From Lama guanicoe (taxonomy: Eukaryota), in the NCBI GenBank assembly GCA_013239625.1, contig MU054029.1, forward strand, positions 82,679 through 117,092: 34,414 bases of DNA, read 5' to 3'. The notes below the pieces were generated by a model. It saw nothing but the letters and a program-made list of their open reading frames with translations, was not told the origin of the DNA and made no database searches. The first letter of the stretch is position 1. Every line of letters begins with the position of its first letter. Below are positions 1 to 12,200 of the stretch, one piece after another. Made by a program: the position numbers and the translations under genes.

Positions 1-893
1 TCTATGGTCTTGTTAATCTCTATTGTATTTAATTCCTCTCTGATCTTTATTATTTCCTTCCTTCTGCTGCTTTTTGGGCTTTTTGTTCTTCTTTTTCTAA
101 TTGATTCAGGTGGTGGGTTAACTTGTTAATTTGAGATTGTTCTTCTTTTTGAGGAAGGCCTTTATCACTATTAACTTCCATCTTAGCACTGCCTTTGCTG
201 TGTCCCATCGGTTTTTAGTGGTTGTGCTTTCATTATCATTTGTCTCAAGGTATTTTTTAATTTAACTTTGATTTCCTCATTGATCCATTGTTTTTTTTCA
301 ATAATATATTGTTCACTCTCCATGCTTTCCTTTTTTTCTCCTTTGTTTCTCTGTTGTTGATTTCCAGTTTCATGGCATTGTGGTCTGTAAAGATGCTTGA
401 GATAATTTCTAACTTCTTAAAATTGTTCAGGTTTCTTTTGTGCCCAAGTACATGGTCGATCATGGATAATGTTCCATGTGAGCTTGAAAAGAATGTATAT
501 CCTATATTTGGGGGTGTAATACTCTGAAAATATCCACCAAATCTAGTTTTTCTATTGTAGTATTAAATTTCTCTGTTGCCTTGTTTATTTTCTGTCTGGA
601 AGATCTGTCTAGTGATGTTAATGCAGTGTTAAAATCTCCAACTATGATTGTATTCCCATCAATATCCCCCTTTTTCTCTGTTAGTAATTCTTGTGTGTAC
701 TTAGGTGTTCCTATATTGGGTGCATATATATTAAAGAGAGTAATATCTTCATCTTGTATCACTCCTTTAATCATTATAAAATGTCCTTCTTTATCTTTCT
801 TTATGGCCTTTGTTTTAAAGTCTGTTTTTTCTGAAATCAGTACTGCAACACCTTCTTTTTTGGCTTTTCCATTTGCATGGAATATCCTTTTCC
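1..893 (-). pseudogene. L1 ORF2 endonuclease and downstream region, frameshifted
   Basis: Peptides KRIFHANG, KKDKEGHFIMIKG, NIYAPN, IIVGDFNTALT, IDHVLGHK and FTDHNAMKLEIN are L1 APE-endonuclease motifs. Frameshifts lie near 505 and near the A-run at ~295. The start codon falls in the N gap. Confidence 0.95.
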
Positions 894-1229
894 NNNNNNN
901 NNNNNNNNNNNNNNNNNNNNNNNNNNNNNNNNNNNNNNNNNNNNNNNNNNNNNNNNNNNNNNNNNNNNNNNNNNNNNNNNNNNNNNNNNNNNNNNNNNNN
1001 NNNNNNNNNNNNNNNNNNNNNNNNNNNNNNNNNNNNNNNNNNNNNNNNNNNNNNNNNNNNNNNNNNNNNNNNNNNNNNNNNNNNNNNNNNNNNNNNNNNN
1101 NNNNNNNNNNNNNNNNNNNNNNNNNNNNNNNNNNNNNNNNNNNNNNNNNNNNNNNNNNNNNNNNNNNNNNNNNNNNNNNNNNNNNNNNNNNNNNNNNNNN
1201 NNNNNNNNNNNNNNNNNNNNNNNNNNNNN
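894..1229. other. Assembly gap (N run) inside the L1
   Basis: 336 consecutive N. Confidence 1.
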
Positions 1230-1477
1230 AATCTATTAACCCATTACTATAACTGTTTGTATTAAACTGATAGTAACATGATCTCAAACCCATCCTATCG
1301 TTCAAACATTTAAAAAAGAAAGAAAAAATATTCTATATTTCCCTGCCTCCCTCTCTCACTCTCAGTGATCTGCATGTCTTCTTTTATAATTTCATGTTTA
1401 CTTTATTTGTAATTCATGAATTATCACCTTTCCAGTTGTGAGTTTCTCATTTCTGTAGCATTCTGCTTCTTTTCTAT

Positions 1478-2379
1478 TTAGAATAGCCCTTTCAGTATTT
1501 CTTTTAGCATGGGTTTAGTGTTGGTAAACTCCTGCAGCTTATTTTTGTCTGTGAAACTCTTTATTTCTCCTTCTATCCTAAAGGATAGCCTTGCTGGATA
1601 AAGTATCCTAGGTTGCATCTTTTTTTCATTCAGGGCTTTAAATATATCTTGCCACTCTCTTCTGGCCTGTAGTATTTGTGTGCAGAGATCAGCTGAGAGC
1701 CCTATGGGGGTTGCCTTGTAACTTAATCTTTGCTTTTCTCTTGCTGCCTTTAGAAACATTTCTTTATCCTTGACTCTGGCCATCTTGATTATGATATGTC
1801 TTGGTGTGGGTCTATTTGGGTTCTTCCTGTTTGGGACCCTCTGAGCTTCCTGTACTTGGATATCTGATTCCTTCTTTACGTTTGGGAAGTTTTCAGTCAT
1901 GATTTCTTCAAAAACCTTTTCAATCCCCTTTGATCCTTCTTCCCCTTCTGGGAACCCTATTATGCGAAGATTGGTACGCTTTATATTATCCCATAAGTCC
2001 CTTATGCTTTTTTCATTATTTTTTATTTGCTTATCTTGTAGTTCTTCTGAATGTGTGCTTTTATTGCCCTGTCTTCTAGATCACTAATTCGTTTCTCTGC
2101 ATTATCTACTCGGCTTTGCACAGCTATTAGATCATTCCTCATCTCTGTCAATGAGTTTACCCATTCTACTTGGCTCTTCTTTATAGCTTCAATTTCATTT
2201 TTGACATATTTTATATCGCTAAACATTCTCTCTTTTAATTCCTTCAGCAATTTGATCACTCCTTTTTTGAAATCTTGATCCAGTAGTTTATCGATATCTA
2301 TTTCATTGATCTTTCTTTCAGGTGATTTCTCTTTTTCTTTTAATTGGGAAAGGTTTATCTGCTTCCTCATCTTGCTCAT
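1478..2379 (-). pseudogene. L1 ORF1 (RNA-binding protein) with a single 1-nt frameshift at ~2060
   Basis: The coiled-coil N-terminal ORF (2023-2379) joins ...SIRDLWDNIKRTNLRIIGFPEGEE...IMTENFPN...RPTPRHIIIKM...ARREW...YPARLSF... if one A is restored in the run at ~2059-2062. Confidence 0.95.
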
Positions 2380-2849
2380 ACCTCTCTCGCACTGTGGTTT
2401 ATGGAGGATCAGTTGTCTAATTTGGATCTTAAGTATTTTATGTATCTAATGCCCATTTAGGAATAGAACTTAGGAATGAAAAGAAAAAATAAGAGAGGAA
2501 GAACGAATTTTATAAGAAGGGAGAAAGAGGGTTTGAAACAGTGTATAATGAATAATAGAAGCACGAGTTGAAGCAGAGAATTAATCGGGTTGAGACGTCC
2601 TTTTAAAACCTTTAAAATATAAGGAGGGGGGAGATGAATAGATGTATTTGAAACCTGTGTCTAATCAATAACAGGACACCAAAACCCAAGAGAAATAGAA
2701 ATGAATTAAGAAGTAAAAATTATGAGAGTAATAGAAAATAGAACAGGTAAAAACAGATTTATAAATAAAGGGGGGTTGTCAGTGTTCTCCTGGAGTCTGT
2801 GTGTTTTTAATGTGAAATCTTTCTGTCTTCGTCCTGTTTTGGAAGCTCA

Positions 2850-3850
2850 GCGTGTTGTTTTCAGAGGCCCTCTGTTGGCGCCCTCTTCTCTACTGCTCCC
2901 AGCACCTGTCGGCAAGCAGACCGCACCTCCTCCTAACACAGGGTCAGGTGCAGCTCTCCTCTGCTGTCGGCGGGCGGGTCACTGCCCCTCCGGATGATGC
3001 AGTCAGATGTTGCAGACTGGCCAGGCAGGAGGGCGGGTCATGCCCCCTCCCAGCACCTCGGTTAGGGGCTGTGTTCCTGCCCATAAGTCAGGGGGCCGCT
3101 CTCCCTCTACCTGCGCCACCGGTAGCTCAGCTGTTATGTGCAGCTGCTCACTCCGCCCTGGTCGGCGCTCCGCAGGTGGTCTCCGGGAAGACCGAGGGAC
3201 AGCCTTCTCCCTGCTCCGAGCCAAAACCCAGCCCCTTGTTTGTCTTTGTGGAGCAAGTTCTTTGAAGGACCAGGATGGAAGTATCCCACCTGCCCCGGGC
3301 TGTAGGCAGTCTCAGTCTGGCCCTTGAGGCTGCTAAGCCCTTCGGTGCGAATGCAGGATTTGCCCCCGCCCCCGCCTGGATGCTCAGTGCCGGACGATAT
3401 GGCAGCTCTGCCTGAGCCCCGCCGCTCTTCCCCCGAAAAGTTTCTGTGGGATTTCAGAGATGGGGGAATGCAACCTTCCCCCAAGAGCACATCAACCTTG
3501 CTGTTTTATGCAGGGCCCAGGTTGTTCTGCCCTGTACACCCACAGCCACGGCGCTCAGCCACTTGCAGTCCCCTGGGGCTGCCTCCGTGCAGCCGCCCCC
3601 ATCCTCCGCCTGGCTTGTGCAGCCTGGCCCTGCCTGCCGCTGCCGGCCCACGTCTCAGGCTGGGCTTTGGGGGTATGCTCTGTGCCCGTTTAACATAGTT
3701 CTCTCAGACGAGGGCTGCTCTGTACAGATGCGAGCCTCGGAGGCTCCCGCTCCGCCCCGCTGGCCTCTCAGTTGGAGAGGGGAGACCAGCGAGCAAGCGT
3801 CAGTCCTCATTTGCCGCTCCCTCCCCACGGGACTCTTCCCGTGCTGCTTT
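2850..3850 (-). promoter_or_regulatory. GC/CpG-rich internal promoter region of the L1 5'UTR
   Basis: Sharp rise in GC and retained CpGs, located between the L1 5' end and ORF1, with several GGGCGG/CCCGCC boxes. Confidence 0.75.
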
Positions 3851-4042
3851 GCCTTTTGTTCTTTCTTTTTTCCTTTTCTCCTACCAGATTTTTGGCATCT
3901 TTATCTTTGGAGAGGGCGATGATCTGTTGGAGTTCTGCAGGTGCTCTGGTTGGCTGAGTGGGTCTGTAGATGTGGGTTTTGGTGTATTTATGGAAGAGTG
4001 TGACTTACGAGCGTCCTTCTACTCCTCCATCTTCTCCGTCTC

Positions 4043-4280
4043 TTCAGATCCTTTATTCACTTTTTAATTGAGTTCTCTTTTTATTGTGGATTTCTAGGAG
4101 GTATTTTTTTATTTGAAGATGCAAATTCCTAGTCAGATAAATGATTTGAAAAAATGTTCTCCTGTCTGTAGTTTTTTCACTTTCTGGATGGTAACCTTTG
4201 AAGCAAAGTTTTACATTTTGATGAATTCCAATTTATCACTGTTTTCTTTGTTCCTTGTGCTTTGGGGTAATAGTTAAAAT
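4043..4280 (-). mobile_element. Old L1M fragment (ORF2 3' region) into which the young L1 inserted
   Basis: TTCAGATCCTTTATTCACTTTTTAATTG...GAAGCAAAGTTTTACATTTTGATGAATTCCAATTTATC resembles the reverse L1 ORF2 3' consensus. Confidence 0.7.
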
Positions 4281-4344
4281 CTGAGGTATTTTATTTAAGC
4301 TTTTATATATAAAATAACTTAATTCTTAGGACCGTTCAAGGAGA

Positions 4345-4500
4345 CTGGTGCTGTTGTTGTCCCCAGTCTATGGATAGGAGACTGAGATGCAGAAAATTTC
4401 ACTGACATATCAGTGTCACAGCTACCCAGTGCTGTGGGAGTTCAGACCCTCATGTTTGTCCCCAGCATCTGTGATGTTCACCACCATGCTCCACTACTGC
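4345..4500 (-). mobile_element. MIR SINE fragment
   Basis: CCCCAGTCTATGGATAGGAGACTGAGATGCAGA...GTCACAGCTA...GAGTTCAGACCC resembles the reverse MIR core. Confidence 0.55.
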
Positions 4501-5899
4501 CTGGAATCGTGAATGAAAACGTCTTTCCTTTTTTGATTTCTTGTTAGTTTGTTTTCTCGTTGTGGACCTCATCCCCTCATTTTCCTTGCAGAGATCAGTG
4601 TAGGTTTATTTTAGGTCTCATGTAGGCAGAAGCATTGCTATCAGTTTACTTCTTTGGTGCTCACTCTCGAGTGATGATTGATGCTAGTTGACCTAATCAA
4701 TTCATGCTCAAGGCTTTCCTGCTCATCACACTAAAAACAGAGCCATGACTTACAGAATGCTCAAAGAAGAATGTACCTGAGTGATTTTATTTTTCTAACC
4801 AATCAAACCAATCAAATAAAAATCCCAGTGTTGACACAGATTATAAGCCCACCAGAATAGGGTCACTGTCTTCCTTGTGTTTCATTTGTTTTGTCACAGT
4901 GTCTGGATATTGCCTTGCTGTCCAGCAGTTTTGTGAGTATACGGTGCTCGTGAATCATTGTAAGGAAAGAATTTTGACAACAGACTGTGTTGTTCATTTC
5001 ACAAGGGAAAAGATCATATAGAAATACTGCTCAGATTTATTTTAAAATTAAGCTTGGTGTTTTGAGAAGGGTTCAAGAAACCATACAAAAATCTTTTTCA
5101 CTAATTTTAAATCTATCTTAGACACATTATGCATACATAGCAGAGTAACTTATCAACTAGTTTTGACAAGAGGAGTGTATTATATGATTGATGTTTTAGT
5201 TGAAATATTCTACCTGGGATAAAGTAATCAGTGCCCATAAATGAACAAATATGTTTGTATTTCTATGCAACATGGGAGCAGACTTCATATGTTTCTATAT
5301 AATATATATAACTGTGTGTTTTAAACTGTCTGTCTGTTTTTATAGTTTTTCAGCAATGTTGTAACTTTAGAATTCTTCTAAAATGTTCACTCCCAATACT
5401 ACTGCAGTTTGTACTGTGTATCCTGTCTTATGCATGGGATTCCACTGTCCCCTCAGTGAGGAATTTCCTCTCCTATTGAGTTAGTAGCAGAGTTAAAGGA
5501 ACTGTGATATCTAGGCCTTTGCTCTCCATGTGTTTGCTGTGGGCTGTCAATCACGATTTTCCCTTTGAGTTTTCATTGTTCAATTAGAATTTTTGAAAAT
5601 AACTGTTAATATGTTTCACCGACCTCCCTAGAAACTTGATGTATTTCTGATTTTTGGTTTTCAGTTTATGAAAATTGTAAATGCACACTTGTTTTAAAGT
5701 AGCCCCTTTTCACTAGATATTTATTTATCTCTTTATAGTTAAAATAATTTTTTCCCATTGAATGAATCGGTGTGCATGATTTAAAAGATACCTTACTTTA
5801 TATTTTTCTTATTCTTTCAGGTATATTCATTGTACACAATTTAGAAAATAAGGATAAACACAGTAATAACTTAAAAATGGCCTCTAATATCATCTGGAG

Positions 5900-6215
5900 G
5901 TACAGCTGTAGGGTTTGAAGTTGAGAATTACAAGTCCTTTCACATTGTTCTTCTTTTTCAAGTACGTTTTCGTTACTGAGACCCTCGAATTCCCATATGA
6001 ATTGTAGCAGCAACTAGTCAGTTTCTGCAGAGGAGCCTGCTGGGATTGTGATGGAGACCACGTTGAATAAACAGATCATTCTTGGGAGCACTGCCATTAC
6101 AAGAATGCTGTCTTCCGAACCAGGAAACTGCTTGGTGTGTCTGTCCAGGTATTTAGGTCCTCTTTAATTTTTTTTCAACAATGTGTTGAGTTTACAGAGT
6201 ATTATTTTACTTTTT
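5900..6215 (-). mobile_element. Old L1M ORF2 fragment
   Basis: TTGTTCTTCTTTTTCAAG...TTCCCATATGAATT...GCTGGGATTGTGATGG is homologous to the L1M segment at 31620-31860. The minus ORF ILLQFIWE...VLEKEEQCE-like text resembles L1 ILKFIW. Confidence 0.75.
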
Positions 6216-8999
6216 TCTTTGCCTTTATACTGAGGACAAGTGTGCAAGGTACCGGGATCAGAAGTGTATTTGAGCCCTGCCATTTGCTGCCAACATGGAC
6301 ACTGCACTCTTGCTTTGTCCTCTGTAAAATCTTGCATGAAATGAGACCTCAGTAACTCTCTCTTGAATGAATGATTATATGATTGTTGGATGATGCTTGA
6401 GAGTCCTTGTGATGATGTCTTTTTCCCAGCCTTTCCCCTCTTCTTAACTATGCCCTTTTTCTTCCTTTCCTCCAGCCTGGTTTTCAGCCTGCCTGTAGCA
6501 TTGATTTTCCCTGTCTGTAGACTCCTCCTTTCACTGGTTCATGATAATGTTAAATGGGGACTGCAAAAACTTTCTAGATGACAAGAACGAACAAATCGAT
6601 TGCATGCTATTATTTTTAGAGTGTGTTATTCTTTTATCGATTGAAATTAAATCAGGCTGACCCCCTGAGCCCTCCCGTGAGCTGTTTTCGCCTTCCTACA
6701 TGTGATAGTGCTCTTGTTGCTGCATGTGCCCTACCCCCAGTCTTGGTTTTGGAGTAGAGTAAGTCACCATCAGTGGAGCCCTCTCTTTAAAAGTTGAAGA
6801 GAACATTTGCCCCTTCTCTCTCATTGGGGACTTGGATGAGATGAGGTACCAAATAAAGAATGGAGCCCCACCTCATTCTGACCCCTGCTCTTTCCGTTGC
6901 TTTCTCCAGGGGAAAAGAGCACAATTCAACAATATAAAGATTAATTGTGAGCTAATGAGATAGACAAGACAACCGAAAATTAATTAAATATCCTTTCATG
7001 CCAGAAACAAATGTATTATACACACAAAAAGCACACAAAGCATGATTGTACCTTGATTACAAATGTGGGTCCAAGTTCAAGTCCTGCTCTGGAGTGACCA
7101 GTCCTGTGAGATGGACAACTGGTAGGTCAGCTTAGCCTCTCCTGGACTTGTTTTCTGTTCTGCAGGGACAGGGCTCCCTAGGCATCCCTCCCCGATATAT
7201 GTGCTGAGGGGTGTAAATGACATGTGTGGGGAGCCCCAGCACAGCTGCTTATTTCTCCTAAGAGCAGGATAGAATGGATTTGTGGAGACGGCTTTATGAC
7301 CACACCTTGTAGACTCTCAGTGTTCCAAAGAGATGCCTTGTGGTTTGGAGATGGGATTCTCACTTCTGTAAATACCCAATGATTGTGTTATAAGGCTCAT
7401 CTGATTTGAATCTATTCTTTAGAAAGTACATATTGCAGATAATATTTTCCAAGAATGCATGCTTTTTTCTTTTATTATTTATATTTCTACCCTCTCATCT
7501 CTTGGTGTGACTTTACATGGAATCCTGGAAACAGCCCTAAGCTATTTGCCTCTTCACACTTCTCTGTGGTGGTTTTCTTACCTGACTAGAAGAGGATTTT
7601 ATATAGGAAATTTTCTTTGTTCCCCTTTTCTTGGAGTCTCTCTGTCTGTCTGCCCATCTCTCATCTGTCCATCTATCCATTACTCTACCCACTCATTCTT
7701 CTGACTTGTTCCAAGTAGCACTTCAGGCAGCTTGAAGAAGAACAGATGCCAAATAAACAGATGAGAAAATGGGGTCAAGTTCAGACAGTGAGGTTAGGAG
7801 GCAAGTCTGTGTGAGGGTTGCAGGCGTGAGACACGCCTCTGCCCTGTGCCTTATAAGATGGAGATCAAGAGTGTGCACGAGGCTCCCAGCAGACACAGGG
7901 AAACAGGGTTTGTGGGAGATGCTCGCTGGCTGTGAAATAAATAAGTGGCTAAGGAGAAGTCCAGCCTTTCCAGCTACTAAGGCTTAGGAGAATATTTTGA
8001 GTGTCTTCCAAAATCAGAGTATTTCATCTTTTATTTGTCAGAGTTCTACATATAGTTGGTTACATTCTATACCTGGAAATTTCTCCCAAACTCCTTCCTA
8101 CGTGAGTCCCATGGCTTGGGAATGGGGCGGTTCTGCTCATTGACTGTGTTTGGACAGAAAAACAAAATGACAGCCTCCAAGGAGTCTGGGATTTGTCAGT
8201 TATGTTTTGTCAGTGCTGTAGATTTCAGAGAATGCTTTCACAGTTTCTCTCCATCTGAGGCAGCAGCATGCTCTCTTAGCAGCAATAGTAGCTCAGTGCC
8301 ATGGGATGGTGGGGGCTGACTGCACTGCCATCAAGACATCTAAGGTAGTCACTACAGGCGTGGTGCTTTTACATATACATTTCATATTCTTTAATAGAAG
8401 GTTTCAACAGGGAGTTAATTAACTGAGTTAATTAACATTTAATAAATATGACGCATTGTTGAAAAAACAGTTATAGGCAAAATATAAGCTGTAAATATTT
8501 TAAGAACAGTTTCATTACTGGAATATCAGTAGGGAAGATTCACAGTTTATCTTATTTATGCCTCTCTTTTAAAGTAACAAAGAAACAAGAGAAAAAGCAG
8601 AAGATGATTTCTGTTTTCCTCTCGGCTTGCAGGTGCCCTCACCTCCAGTGGCATCCATCCAGACACTAGCACTGACACTGGCCATGCTCAGAACTGCCTC
8701 AGCCCTGAAGAAACAACTGAGAAATAGAAGGGGGCCGCGTCTGTTACAGCAGGTGATCTCAGTTTGTGGGTAGTTATGTAACTGCACTGTGTTTATCAGG
8801 ATCACCCTTTCTACATTGCGTGACATTGCTCCGGTGTCTCCTAGTTACTTGTTTCTGTATGTACTCGTGTATTTTCTCCAATGAGTGGTACTACACTTCT
8901 TAAAATGTTTTTTTAGATGAAAAATAATGTGTATTTAATATAATAAGTCTGAGAAAAGGGACAAAATGGACTATCCTGGTCCCACTATTCAGAGATAAT

Positions 9000-11180
9000 A
9001 ATTAACACTTTAACATCTGTTTTCTGTTCTTTTCGTCAGTGTGTATCAATTATCTCATAAAAACCAGCGAACACGCTGGGCCTCTTTACTGTGTGGAGAC
9101 TTCCATTTTCCATTTGGCTTTTTATGTGTTTTTCTACAATATTCTAACTCCCCTGGCATGATTTTTAATGACCAGTATAGCATTCTGTCTTGTGGAGACA
9201 TCGTCCATTTTACTTCGGACTTAAATTAACCTTTAAATTCCAAGTATACTTTACTGAAATACCAAAAAGAGAACTGTGGTGGTACCGATAGACCCCTATA
9301 TTACTTCCCCTTATTACACTCAGGTGTATATCATAGACGTCCTCCCAATCCAGACTCACCCGGTCCTTTCAGATAGAGTGGAGGGGTCCCCTGATGTGCA
9401 GGTGTGGTCTCCTGTGCAAGGACACATTTGGTGTGAGAGTGCTGTGGACAAGACCCTGGACCACGCCAAAACGCTGGCCCCCTGAGACACCACAACTCAC
9501 TGTGATTTACTGCATAATTTTCTTGATGGTGGACACTTAAATTTTCTCCATTTTCCACTGTCAAAGAGATGTTTGACTGGCATGCTTGTTCTGCAAATAT
9601 TCCTGTGATCTTGTATGAGTATTCCTCTAGTTAAGGCTTCTGGAAATTTAGTCCCTGGATGTGACATTTACATTCATCACAGACTCTTTTCAAGTGACTC
9701 TAGAAATTCCTTCTTCAGTGGGGAATGAAAAGATGTAGAATAACTTATGTAACCAATTCTATATCGCTGGATATGATTTCAGTTCATGTTTTCTTCCCAC
9801 CATTGTAAACAGTGCTGTGAAAATATCCTGATGACTACATCTTTTTGAACTAATTTTTTTCTAAATGGAACGATTCCTAGAAGTGGAGTTGAGTTTGTGT
9901 GTACACACGTTTTGCAGAGTTTACATATGCATTGACATGTCATCCTCCAAACACATCACTCACAGTTTGTTCTCTCACAGATGGACACTAGCTAGAATAT
10001 CTTTTAAAAATATTTGCCAATATGATGAGCAAAAGTGCTTTTTCATTGTTTTAGTTTGCATTTGATGACCAGTGAGGTATTCAGCGTTTTTCACTTATTA
10101 GCCATCTGACTTTTAAAAAGTGAATGATCCCTTATGTCCTTTGCACACATTTAAGTGAGGGAGCTTCTTGCTGCTTTGTGACAGCTCTTTGTATGTTATG
10201 AACAGTAACCCCTTGACTTTATCAACATGTATCACACAGCTTTTACTTGTCATTTCTTGCCTTTCATTTTGTTCAGTAGGTTTACTTTTGTTGTGGCCCA
10301 AAGTATACTTAAGTTAGTAAATGTCTTCTTTTTGGGTTTTATTTTTGGTATTATTCTTAGAAATACTTTCTTATAACGGTACAAATCTCTTCATATAATG
10401 GTACAAATCTCTTCTGTAGGTTTTGTAACCTCTAAGTTGGAGATGATAATAGTGCTTGTTACAGTGAAAGGAAGTTGAACTAATATGAGCAAAGAGTTGT
10501 ATTTGCTGTTATTAGTACTTTCTAATATTTACATCACTATCTGTAATTTTTCTTGTGGTCATTATGACAGGATTAGAATTTGTTTTTCCCAGGTGATTGT
10601 CCCAGGAGAATTATTGAATTCATACTTTTCTCTTTGATTTGAAATCCCACATGTACAAAATACTTATGTACACTAGAGTCTATTTTTGAGCTCATGGTTT
10701 ATTTCTGTCAACCTTACTTTCTTACTCCAGCGCCATATCTTACAAAATGTAAAAATTTATTTAATATCTGACAGTGCAATTTTTTTTCGTTCTTTTCTTC
10801 CATCCCAAATTCTCTTGTCTAGTATTATGACTTAATTATTCCTGAAGAATTCTAAAATACTTTGTTCAAGTTAAAAAAAAAACAGAAAAGGGTTTTCATA
10901 GGATTTGTTAAAAAGTTTTGAATTATCTTTAGAAGAAATTTGATCTTTATAAAACTGCTTTCCTCCATGCAATATGCTGATGTCTCTACATTCACATCTC
11001 TTACTTTACCCCTAAGTACAGTCCTGTAGTTTCTCCATGTAGAACATGGGCATTATTTTTTAGTTTATTCCTGATAATTGTTTATGTTTTAGTTAAGTTT
11101 GTAAGTGAGAGTTTTTTGCTATTATATTTTTTAGCTGTTTAAACTGACACCTAGGAAGGCAGATTCGGTTTGTAAATACT
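9000..11180 (-). mobile_element. Fragmented ancient L1M (L1ME-like) 3' region, interrupted by an unknown insert (9201-9483) and a MIR (~10420-10520)
   Basis: Diagnostic reverse-L1 phrases: TTGTAAACAGTGCTGTG, ATTCCTAGAAGTGGA, TTCATTGTTTTAGTTTGCATT and GTTTATTCCTG. Confidence 0.65.
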
Positions 11181-11624
11181 CACTTTGTAACTTGTCATTT
11201 AAAATTGTAAGTATTAAATACTTGTTACAGAATCCTTTCTTTTCTGTTTTTCAAAATTTGTATCCAAGATTATCAAAATGGTCACAGCTAAGTAGTATAG
11301 GTGGGGAGAGAGAAGGAGAGAGGTATTGTGGCTCATGTGCAAATTGTGATCAGTTTCATGGCTGCTTTTAGGCTTGAGAAGCCACATAAGAGCCCAGGTA
11401 AGACCAGGGATGGCTTTGTATGTACTTGAAAGCCAGCTTTCCTGCCTTTATGGTGAAGCCTGGTGGGCGCGGAAGGTAGATGAACAAGGTCCATTGGAGG
11501 TTATTGGCTGCACAGTGCGCTGTGTCTGTGAGAACTGGAGACCATCGCCATGGGAAATGCTTGGTGCCAGGAACACTGCAGGGGATCTGGGGAGCCTGTG
11601 TGTTAAGGATTTTCCAGCCCTGAG

Positions 11625-11815
11625 TGTGAGAAGATCAGACTCTGCATTCAGATCTGAGTTTGAATTCATCCTCTCTTGTTTACTGGTCTTCTGACTTTTG
11701 TCAAGTTATATACCCTCTTTCAACCCCTGTTTTCTTGTCTCTCAAAATAGGAGAATTATGGCCTGCTGCTAGAGTGTTTGATCTGGGTAAATGATTTGTG
11801 TCTATAAGATGCCAC
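11625..11815 (+). mobile_element. MIR SINE
   Basis: CAGATCTGAGTTTGAATTC...GACTTTTGTCAAGTTATATACCCTCT...TTTCTTGTCTCTCAAAATAGGAG matches the MIR core. Confidence 0.65.
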
Positions 11816-12174
11816 GTACTGTCACAAGTTCAGTGAGAAATGGGCTATTGCCTCTTCTTCTGCAACTCAGTGCTTGACAAGACATCAGAGAAAAGCCAGT
11901 CCCTAATTTGTGTGTGATATAAGTAGGAACAAAATTAATGTCTTGTACGTGTGTTCACTAGCAGTATTCTTACTCCTTTGCTTCATTTACTTCTTTCCTT
12001 CTTTCCTTACCCCTTTCCCCCCTCCACCAAAAGAACCTGAGACTCTCTCAGAACAATAGATTCCAATTACTTTTAAGGTTGTCTCATTCTCATGAAATAA
12101 CAGTAACATAAAAAAAAATCTGTACACATCCCAAAATTCATTGTATTTGATTTAGACACACATGCGTGCATGCG

Positions 12175-12200
12175 CACACACACACACACACACACACACA
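12175..12200. repeat. (CA)13 microsatellite
   Basis: Read directly from the sequence. Confidence 0.95.

Larger units (their letters stand above)
1..4042 (-). mobile_element. LINE-1, 5' half of a near-full-length copy (5'UTR, ORF1, inter-ORF spacer, start of ORF2); continues beyond the left window edge; inactive
   Basis: The minus strand starts GACGGAGAAGATGGAGGAGTAG, typical of an L1 5' end. It is followed in the correct order by a GC-rich 5'UTR, ORF1p and ORF2p endonuclease peptides. Confidence 0.95.

Noticed and set aside
502..1305. Long ORFs spanning the N run (also 29022-29382)
   Set aside because: Artefacts of translating through assembly gaps. Only the L1-derived parts are real.
2722..4067. 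Many overlapping ORFs of 65-158 aa, possible ORF0-like antisense protein
   Set aside because: Expected in a GC-rich L1 5'UTR with few stop codons. The longest ones start at non-ATG codons and have no recognisable domain.
10372..10414. 22-bp tandem duplication TATAAYGGTACAAATCTCTTC
   Set aside because: Ordinary local duplication at an old repeat boundary.
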